Part shown: piece after piece, positions 56,812 to 64,000 of the stretch
How the letters are laid out: every line of letters starts with the position of its first letter
Numbering within the stretch: position 1 is the stretch's first letter
NCBI GenBank assembly: GCA_037446695.1
Contig: JBBIHY010000002.1
Location: forward strand, 193,099 to 257,098
Length of the DNA: 64,000 nucleotides
Direction of reading: 5' to 3'
DNA from: Bacteroidota bacterium
GTDB taxonomy: Bacteria; Bacteroidota; Bacteroidia; Bacteroidales; PUMT01
The notes under the pieces: generated by a model
What the model was told of the DNA's origin: nothing
Seen by the model: the letters and a program-made list of their open reading frames with translations, nothing else
Databases searched by the model: none
Translations under genes and position numbers: made by a program

Positions 56812-59800
56812 ATGTCAGACGAAACAAGGAAAAGAAAGGAGAATTTTCCCCTTCGCATTGTAACAGCTTCCTCCCTGTTTGATGGTCATGATGCTGCCAT
56901 CAATATCATGCGCAGGATTCTGCAATCCTCAGGAGCCGAAATCATACATCTTGGCCACGACCGTTCAGTGGATGAGATCGTTAACTGTGCGATTCAGGAA
57001 GATGCAAATGCCATCGCCACAACTTCCTACCAGGGTGGTCACATGGAGTACTTCAAATACATGTATGACCTGCTTAAAGAAAAGAAAGCAGGCCACATTA
57101 GAATATTTGGAGGAGGCGGTGGTACCATCCTGCCCGACGAAATAAGGGAACTGGAAGCCTATGGCATTGAACGAATCTACTCTCCCGATGACGGACGCAA
57201 ATTGGGCCTGCAGGGAATGATAGACGATCTTTTGGGGAGAATCACGGTTAATCAAAAGCCCAAAGTCAATCTGTCGGTAAAAGAGCTTAAAAAGAGAGAT
57301 TTTGGGACACTCTCAGGGATTATTACAATGGCAGAAAACTATCCGGGGCTGGTAAAAGATTTCATCAATGAACTTGGCAAAAACTGTAAATCACAGCCTA
57401 CCCCTGTTCTTGGTATTACAGGTACCGGAGGATCAGGAAAATCCTCCCTTATCGATGAGTTTGTTAGGAGGTATGTATCTGACTATCCCGACAAAACTCT
57501 TGCTATTATTGCTGTTGACCCTTCCAGGCGGAAATCGGGAGGTGCCCTGCTGGGCGACAGAATCAGGATGAATTCCATTCACCACCCGAACATCTTCATG
57601 AGGTCAATGGCAACCAGGCAGGCCCACCTGTCCCTTTCAAAACACATTTCGGAAGTCACCTGTATACTGAAACATGCAGGATTCGATCTGATATTACTGG
57701 AAACTTCAGGAATAGGGCAGTCCGATACAGAAATAACAAACCACAGCAATCTTTCAGTCTATGTTATGACGCCTGAATATGGAGCAGGCAGCCAGCTCGA
57801 AAAAATAGATATGCTTGATTTTGCCGATGTGGTAGTCATTAACAAAACAGACAGAAAAGGTTCATCAGATGCGATTAGGGATGTGAGAAAACAATACATG
57901 CGTAACCACCAGTTGTGGAATAAAAAACCCGAAGAACTGCCTGTGTATGGTACGCATGCGTCACAATTCAATGATCCGGGCCTCAATACTTTTTATACTG
58001 CGGTTATTGAGGCACTTAATGCTAAACTTAAAACCAAATCAAAATTTAATAATCCGGGAGCAAATCTTCCGGTCCTTCCGGCCGATCAGATTCAGATAAT
58101 TCCCAACAACCGCACAGGGTACCTGTCTGAAATCGCGGATGCAGTTAAAGCTTACAATAACTGGGCAAATGAACAGGCAATGCTCGCACAGGAACTTTAC
58201 TCCCTTACCATGACCCGGGAGAAACTTAAGAACCGCCCGGAGGCTAAACATCCGGTCCACACCATTGAATCCATTGATAAGGAAATTGAAATTATTCGCT
58301 GTAAAATTGAACCCGGTAATCTTGAAAAGATAGAAAACTGGGAGAATAAATACTCAATGTACAGGGAAGACCAGTTCAGCTACCCGGTAAGAAATAAGAA
58401 CATCACAGTTGAAACAAAATCGGAATCCCTCTCCCATCTGAAAATTCCCAAAGTGACCCTTCCTGCTTATCAGGCCTGGGGTGACCGGCTGAAGTGGGAA
58501 CTAAAGGAAAATGTACCCGGTGAATTTCCTTATGTTGCCGGTGTGTACCCCTTCAGAAGGGAAAATGAAGACCCCACCCGCATGTTCGCCGGGGAAGGTA
58601 TACCAGAAAGGACCAACAGGCGCTTCCATTACCTCTCCGAAGGCATGCCTGCCAGGCGGCTCTCCACCGCTTTCGATTCAGTTACCCTATATGGAAGTGA
58701 TCCCGCAACGCGACCCGATATTTATGGTAAAATCGGGAACTCTGGTGTTTCAGTGGCGACTCTCAATGATGCAAAAAAACTTTATTCCGGATTCAATCTG
58801 CTTGACCCTGCCACCTCGGTTTCTATGACAATCAACGGTCCGGCACCCGTTATTACAGCCTTCTTTATGAATACCGCCATTGACCAGCAATGTGAATTAT
58901 GGATAAAGAAAAACGGGCTTGAAAAAGAAACGGAGGCAAGGATTGATGCATTCTTCAGGGAAAAAGGCACGCAACGCCCTGAATACTATGGCAAACTTCC
59001 AAAAGGTAATAATCGTCTGGGATTGATGTTTTTAGGTGTCCCCTCCGACCTTTTTATGCCAGCCCAAGTCTATGAAAAGATTAAAGCCGAGACGATTTCC
59101 TCCGTCAGGGGAACCGTTCAGGCTGATATTTTAAAGGAAGACCAGGCACAGAATACCTGCATCTTTTCAACTGATTTTTCCCTGAAACTGATGGGGGATA
59201 TCCAGGAGTATTTCATAGCAAACCAGGTCAGAAATTTCTACTCGGTTTCCATTTCCGGTTACCATATTGCTGAGGCCGGGGCTAACCCTGTTACGCAACT
59301 CGCCTTCACTTTGGCTAATGCGTTTACCTACGTTGAATACTATCTTTCGCGTGGAATGAAAATAGATGATTTCGCTCCAAACCTTTCCTTCTTTTTCTCA
59401 AATGGAGTTGACGCCGAGTATGCCGTGCTGGGAAGGGTGGCAAGATCCATCTGGGCAAAAGCGATGAAATCTCTTTATAAAGGAAATGAACGCTCCCAGA
59501 TGCTGAAATATCACATACAGACCTCGGGACGTTCACTTCATGCACAGGAAATTGACTTTAACGACATAAGAACCACTTTGCAGGCAGTTTATGCCATATT
59601 TGATAATTGCAATTCATTGCACACCAATGCCTATGATGAAGCCCTGACTACACCAACGGAAGAAAGCGTGCGACGGGCAATGGCTATTCAAATGATTATC
59701 AACCAGGAGATGGGTTTGAACAAAAACCAGAATCCGCTGCAGGGCTCTTTCATCATTGAGGAGTTGACAAACCTGGTGGAAGAGGCTGTACTCGCCGAGT

Positions 59801-60207
59801 TCGAAAAAATAAGTGAACGGGGAGGTGTGCTTGGCGCCATGGAGACCATGTACCAGAGAAGCAAGATCCAGGAGGAATCCATGTATTACGAAAACCTGAA
59901 ACACAGCGGTCAACTGCCGGTGATTGGTGTCAATACATTCCTTTCCTCAAAGGGCAGTCCCACCACCATTCCCGGCGAAGTCATCCGCTCCACATCCGAG
60001 GAAAAGGAATTCCAGATTCAGTCACTGAATGAGTTTCAGAAAACATTTTCTGACAAGTCTTCCCAAATGCTTTCTGAACTGAAAAATGCCGTTTTGAAGA
60101 ATGATAATGTGTTTGAGAAACTGATGGAAGTGTCAAAATTTTGCTCTCTGGGTCAGATTACCGGGGCATTATTCGATGTTGGCGGAAAATACCGAAGAAA
60201 TATGTAA
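56812..60207 (+). CDS. icmF: fused isobutyryl-CoA mutase (IcmF): B12-binding domain + MeaB-like GTPase + mutase catalytic domain
   Basis: N-terminal B12 domain [17 protein letters not shown] (DxHxxG-type His ligand). G-protein motifs [16 protein letters not shown] and INKTD. The C-terminal ~600 aa is a TIM-barrel mutase domain ([31 protein letters not shown]). Confidence 0.9.
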   Translation: MSDETRKRKENFPLRIVTASSLFDGHDAAINIMRRILQSSGAEIIHLGHDRSVDEIVNCAIQEDANAIATTSYQGGHMEYFKYMYDLLKEKKAGHIRIFGGGGGTILPDEIRELEAYGIERIYSPDDGRKLGLQGMIDDLLGRITVNQKPKVNLSVKELKKRDFGTLSGIITMAENYPGLVKDFINELGKNCKSQPTPVLGITGTGGSGKSSLIDEFVRRYVSDYPDKTLAIIAVDPSRRKSGGALLGDRIRMNSIHHPNIFMRSMATRQAHLSLSKHISEVTCILKHAGFDLILLETSGIGQSDTEITNHSNLSVYVMTPEYGAGSQLEKIDMLDFADVVVINKTDRKGSSDAIRDVRKQYMRNHQLWNKKPEELPVYGTHASQFNDPGLNTFYTAVIEALNAKLKTKSKFNNPGANLPVLPADQIQIIPNNRTGYLSEIADAVKAYNNWANEQAMLAQELYSLTMTREKLKNRPEAKHPVHTIESIDKEIEIIRCKIEPGNLEKIENWENKYSMYREDQFSYPVRNKNITVETKSESLSHLKIPKVTLPAYQAWGDRLKWELKENVPGEFPYVAGVYPFRRENEDPTRMFAGEGIPERTNRRFHYLSEGMPARRLSTAFDSVTLYGSDPATRPDIYGKIGNSGVSVATLNDAKKLYSGFNLLDPATSVSMTINGPAPVITAFFMNTAIDQQCELWIKKNGLEKETEARIDAFFREKGTQRPEYYGKLPKGNNRLGLMFLGVPSDLFMPAQVYEKIKAETISSVRGTVQADILKEDQAQNTCIFSTDFSLKLMGDIQEYFIANQVRNFYSVSISGYHIAEAGANPVTQLAFTLANAFTYVEYYLSRGMKIDDFAPNLSFFFSNGVDAEYAVLGRVARSIWAKAMKSLYKGNERSQMLKYHIQTSGRSLHAQEIDFNDIRTTLQAVYAIFDNCNSLHTNAYDEALTTPTEESVRRAMAIQMIINQEMGLNKNQNPLQGSFIIEELTNLVEEAVLAEFEKISERGGVLGAMETMYQRSKIQEESMYYENLKHSGQLPVIGVNTFLSSKGSPTTIPGEVIRSTSEEKEFQIQSLNEFQKTFSDKSSQMLSELKNAVLKNDNVFEKLMEVSKFCSLGQITGALFDVGGKYRRNM

Positions 60208-60278
60208 AATGTGAACTGTTTTTGGTATTCTGCCTTTAAATTTGCTATTCAATTAAGTAATTCCAAAAATTCACAGTC

Positions 60279-61886
60279 TTGTTTCGAATCATATCAAACA
60301 TCAATCCCGGTGCTGATGATTTCAGGGAAAGAAAGGAACAGTTTCTTGAAATCCACAGGGCCTACCAGCAGGTTTTTCAGTCAGTGAGAAACAGCATCCC
60401 TGAACAGGTTACTCAAAAACACAAGGAACGAGGCAAATTACTTGCGCGTGAAAGAATCGAGCTGCTGATTGATCCAAATACCCCTTTTCTCGAACTTTCC
60501 CCCCTTGCAGCCTACGGCATGTACAACAACGAATTCCCTGCTGCAGGAATTATTACCGGTATTGGCGTTGTTCATGGACGCGAGACCATGATTGTAGCCA
60601 ATGATGCAACCGTTAAGGGAGGCACCTATGTAAAGGAAACCATTAAAAAGCATCTGCGTGCGCAACAGATTGCCATGGAAAATCATCTTCCCTGTGTTTA
60701 CATGGTAGACTCAGGTGGTGTTTTCCTGCCGGAGCAGGCGAATGTATTCCCCGACAGGAATGACTTTGGCAGGTTTTTTTACAACCAGGCAAGGATGTCG
60801 GCAATGGATATACCCCAGATTGCCATTGTAATGGGCTCCTGTACTGCCGGTGGTGCTTATGTTCCGGCAATGAGTGATGAAACCATAATTGTCAGAAAGC
60901 AGGGCACCATCTTTATCGGTGGCCCCCCGCTTGTTAAGGCAGCAACCGGCGAAGATGTATCAGCCGAGGAACTGGGAGGTGCTGAAATGCACACGGCAGT
61001 ATCGGGTGTGGCCGACCATCTGGCCAAAAACGATTTTCACGCCATACAGATTTGCAGGGATATTTTCAGGACTTTTAAAACACCCAACCGGCAGGTTCTT
61101 GAACTGCAGACTCCCGAGGAACCCTATTACGACCCGGCCGAACTATATGGTCTTGCACCGGTAGACCTCAGAAAACCGATTGATTCAAAAGAAATTATTG
61201 CCCGCCTGGTGGATGGCAGCAGGTTTCATGAATTTAAGGCGAGGTATGCCCCTACCCTGGTTACCGGTTTTGCCCATATAATGGGATTTCCGGTTGGTAT
61301 TCTGGCCAATAACGGGGTATTCTTTGCGGAAACATCCCTGAAAGGAGCGCACTTTATAGAACTCTGCACCAGCAGAAAAATTCCAATTCTTTTCCTGCAG
61401 AACATTACCGGATTTATGGTAGGCCGGGAATATGAAAATAAGGGTATAGCGCGTGATGGTGCCAAACTGGTCCATGCTGTGGCCAATGCACAGGTACCCA
61501 CATTCACTGTAATTTTTGGCGGATCATTTGGTGCCGGTAATTATGCCATGGCAGGAAGGGCCTACGACCCAAGATTGCTTTTCATGTGGCCAAATGCCAA
61601 AATATCCGTTATGGGGGGTGAACAGGCTGCAAATGTTCTGGCAACCATAAAAAAAGACCAGTTGAAAGCACGAAAAATGGAGTTTTCCAAAGATGAAGAA
61701 AATAAATTGGTAAACGAAATCCTGAAAAAGTATGATACGGAAGGTTCTGCCCTGTACAGCACTTCCCGGCTGTGGGACGACGGAATCATTGATCCCCTGG
61801 ATACCAGAAAAATAGTGACGATGGGAATTGCAGCATCCCTCAATAAAAAATTCCCCGACACCAGCTATGGCGTCTTCAGAATGTAA
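60279..61886 (+). CDS. methylcrotonoyl-CoA carboxylase beta subunit-like carboxyltransferase
   Basis: 535 aa. Motifs are [47 protein letters not shown] and [12 protein letters not shown]. The start is apparently a TTG. A TAAATTTG box lies at 60237-44. Confidence 0.85.
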   Translation: MFRIISNINPGADDFRERKEQFLEIHRAYQQVFQSVRNSIPEQVTQKHKERGKLLARERIELLIDPNTPFLELSPLAAYGMYNNEFPAAGIITGIGVVHGRETMIVANDATVKGGTYVKETIKKHLRAQQIAMENHLPCVYMVDSGGVFLPEQANVFPDRNDFGRFFYNQARMSAMDIPQIAIVMGSCTAGGAYVPAMSDETIIVRKQGTIFIGGPPLVKAATGEDVSAEELGGAEMHTAVSGVADHLAKNDFHAIQICRDIFRTFKTPNRQVLELQTPEEPYYDPAELYGLAPVDLRKPIDSKEIIARLVDGSRFHEFKARYAPTLVTGFAHIMGFPVGILANNGVFFAETSLKGAHFIELCTSRKIPILFLQNITGFMVGREYENKGIARDGAKLVHAVANAQVPTFTVIFGGSFGAGNYAMAGRAYDPRLLFMWPNAKISVMGGEQAANVLATIKKDQLKARKMEFSKDEENKLVNEILKKYDTEGSALYSTSRLWDDGIIDPLDTRKIVTMGIAASLNKKFPDTSYGVFRM

Positions 61887-61952
61887 AAAAAGGCTTTTTT
61901 ACAACTCAAAACTATTTCACAAAATTATTGTTTAAACAATAATCAGCATACC

Positions 61953-62738
61953 ATGAATTATTCAATCATAGAGACCGAAGTAAAGGACCAGGTGGGAACC
62001 ATATGGTTTAACCGCCCCGAAATACACAATGCATTCAACGAAACAATGATTTCGGAAATTACACATGCCATTGGTGAACTTGGAAACAGCGGAAATGTGA
62101 GAATAATTTTACTGCGCGGCCGGGGAAAATCCTTTTGTGCCGGTGCCGATCTGCATTGGATGAGGCAGGTGGTAGACTATACAACCGAAGAAAACTACAA
62201 TGAAAGTTTCAAACTATCCGAGTGTTTTTACGCCATTTATACCTGCCCGAAACCGACCATTGCCGTTGTTCACGGTGCCGCAATAGGTGGTGCAAACGGA
62301 CTCCTTGCAGCTTGTGATCTGGCCTTTTGTGAAGACGAAACTGTTTTTTCGCTCAGCGAGGTAAAAATTGGAATCGTACCTGCCTGTATTTCTCCTTATG
62401 TGATAAAAAGAACAGGTGAATTTCCGGCAAGGGATTTAATGCTCACGGGCAGAAGAATCAGGGGAAAGGAAGCAGAGAAATACCGGCTCGTCAACCAGTC
62501 GTTTACTGCGTTTGAACTGGATGAACATGTAAAAAGAACCATAGAGATTATTCTTACAAGCGGACCAAATGCAGTGCAAATTTGTAAAAAACTGATTTAC
62601 GATGTATGCAATACCTACAGCCTTGACCAGGCATTATCTGAAACAGCAAGAATCATTGCAGAAATCAGAAAATCTGGGGAAGGTCAGGAAGGAATGGCAG
62701 CATTCCTGGAAAAAAGGAAACCATTGTGGATCAGGTAA
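61953..62738 (+). CDS. enoyl-CoA hydratase/isomerase family protein (methylglutaconyl-CoA hydratase-like)
   Basis: NRPEIHNAFN, FCAGADL, AVVHGAAIGGANGL and EGMAAFLEKRKP. Confidence 0.85.
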   Translation: MNYSIIETEVKDQVGTIWFNRPEIHNAFNETMISEITHAIGELGNSGNVRIILLRGRGKSFCAGADLHWMRQVVDYTTEENYNESFKLSECFYAIYTCPKPTIAVVHGAAIGGANGLLAACDLAFCEDETVFSLSEVKIGIVPACISPYVIKRTGEFPARDLMLTGRRIRGKEAEKYRLVNQSFTAFELDEHVKRTIEIILTSGPNAVQICKKLIYDVCNTYSLDQALSETARIIAEIRKSGEGQEGMAAFLEKRKPLWIR

Positions 62739-62752
62739 AACCAATTCCCCCA

Positions 62753-64000
62753 ATGAAGACTTTCAGAAAAATACTGATTGCCAACCGCGGTGAGATTGCC
62801 GCCCGAATAATAAAAACTGCAAAAAAAATGGGCATTGAAACCGTGCTGGTACACTCCCAATATGATGTAAATTCCTATGCTGCCACCCTGGCCGATGAAC
62901 TCGTGTTGCTGAACGGTGAAAGCATTGCAGAAACCTACCTGAATCAGGATAAAATCATTCAGGCAGCGCTAAAGACAGATTGTGAAGCCATTCATCCAGG
63001 CTATGGTTTTTTATCGGAGAATGAATCATTTGCCAAAAACTGTGAGAAAAATAATTTGGTATTTATTGGACCTGCCGCCGGCTCCATCGCACTGATGGGA
63101 AATAAGCTGGAAGCCAAAAAGTTTGCCAAAAAAGCAGGTCTCCCCATTTTAGAAGGATACAGCGGTACAGCAAAGGAAATTCTTAAGAAAACCATAAACC
63201 CTGAGTTTCCGGTTCTGGTCAAAGCCGCTGCAGGTGGCGGAGGCAAGGGAATGAAAATAGTAAATTCCATGTCGGAGTTACCCCAGGCACTTGAGTCAGC
63301 CGAAAGGGAAGCAATGAATTACTTTGGAAATGGCGATCTGTATGTTGAAAGGTTTATAAACCAACCCAGGCATATTGAAGTGCAGGTGCTTGGTGATCAT
63401 TTTGGAAACCTTATTCACTTATTTGAAAGAGAATGTACTATACAAAGAAGGTACCAGAAAATCATTGAAGAGTGCCCATCTCCCACCCTGAATCAGAGTT
63501 TAAGGGAAAAAATAACCTCTGCCGCTGTTAAGTTATGCAGTAAGGCAAATTACAGGAATGCCGGAACCATTGAATTTTTGCTGGATGAAAACGGCAGTTT
63601 TTACTTCCTGGAAATGAATACCCGCATACAGGTGGAACATCCGGTAACTGAAATGGCTACGCGGATTGACCTGGTTGAGGAACAGATTCTGATAGCTGCA
63701 GGTAATGCGCTTCGATACAGGCAGGAAGAGGTATCGCTAAAAGGTCATGCTATTGAATGCAGGATTTATGCAGAGGATCCATGGAATAACTTCATTCCGG
63801 CGCCAGGTGAAATGACCCTTTATTCTCCTCCTGCAGTACCGGGCATAAGGCTGGATGCTGCGTATAATACTCCTTCAACAGTGTACAGTTTTTATGACCC
63901 CATGATTGCAAAACTTATTGCACATAAACACACGCGCGAAGAAGCAATTCGTACCATGCTGCAGGCTCTCAGGGAATACGCAATTCATGGCATAAAAACT
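62753..64000 (+). CDS. biotin-dependent acyl-CoA carboxylase alpha subunit (biotin carboxylase domain); 3' end beyond the window
   Basis: Own translation from ATG at 62753 gives MKTFRKILIANRGEIAARIIKTAKKMGIETV... It continues HPGYGFLSEN, the ATP-grasp KAAAGGGGKGMK, EMNTRIQVEHPVTE and ECRIYAEDP. The frame is open to position 64000 (416 codons). Confidence 0.92.
   Translation, partial: MKTFRKILIANRGEIAARIIKTAKKMGIETVLVHSQYDVNSYAATLADELVLLNGESIAETYLNQDKIIQAALKTDCEAIHPGYGFLSENESFAKNCEKNNLVFIGPAAGSIALMGNKLEAKKFAKKAGLPILEGYSGTAKEILKKTINPEFPVLVKAAAGGGGKGMKIVNSMSELPQALESAEREAMNYFGNGDLYVERFINQPRHIEVQVLGDHFGNLIHLFERECTIQRRYQKIIEECPSPTLNQSLREKITSAAVKLCSKANYRNAGTIEFLLDENGSFYFLEMNTRIQVEHPVTEMATRIDLVEEQILIAAGNALRYRQEEVSLKGHAIECRIYAEDPWNNFIPAPGEMTLYSPPAVPGIRLDAAYNTPSTVYSFYDPMIAKLIAHKHTREEAIRTMLQALREYAIHGIKT

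Overview
The window reads as a core-chromosome segment of a Bacteroidota genome. Supporting evidence is TAnnTTTG -7 promoter boxes upstream of many genes, a T9SS C-terminal sorting domain, TonB-dependent receptor plus lipoprotein pairs, and no Shine-Dalgarno dependence. I call about 57 CDS, 2 of them truncated at the window edges, plus one tRNA-Lys(UUU), one cobalamin riboswitch and several intrinsic terminators. I saw no rRNA, CRISPR array, transposase, integrase or obvious prophage or defence island. Left to right: SDR (partial), tRNA-Lys, pyrD, an XRE-type HTH regulator, and a 766-bp gene-free AT-rich region with repeated palindromes. Next comes a tetR-tolC-MFP-RND efflux operon, then cls, a DAACS symporter, a TPR-comA-DUF368-aroE operon, folD, ffh, argS, a secreted 'LExWM'-repeat protein and a GT2. 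These 18 consecutive CDS all lie on the minus strand. They are followed by a thioredoxin-fold protein, dnaA with a 344-bp A-rich upstream region, mlaD, an amidase with a SPOR domain, lptD-like, pabA/trpG, ridA, rpsF-rpsR-rplI, dnaX, icd, ferritin, secA, dapA and ligA. The accessory-looking part is 44.1-64 kb. It starts with a B12-riboswitch-led six-gene corrinoid uptake operon: BtuB-like receptor, beta-propeller lipoprotein, an S1 protease with two PKD domains and a T9SS tail, and BtuFCD-like ABC parts. A small group of poorly characterised genes follows: a TM-GNAT fusion, a FabH-like KAS III, a small OMP, and a Cys-rich Qng1/glycosylase-like protein. Last is the B12-dependent fused mutase IcmF, joined to methylcrotonyl-CoA carboxylase and enoyl-CoA hydratase genes. 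The best leads are: (1) the protease and propeller lipoprotein inside the B12-controlled operon; (2) an A11 slippery run in dnaX with stop codons in both alternative frames at the gamma/tau boundary; (3) the Cys-rich 333-aa protein; (4) the palindrome-laden non-coding region next to the HTH regulator. None of this is verified by database search. All family calls come from motif recognition by eye.
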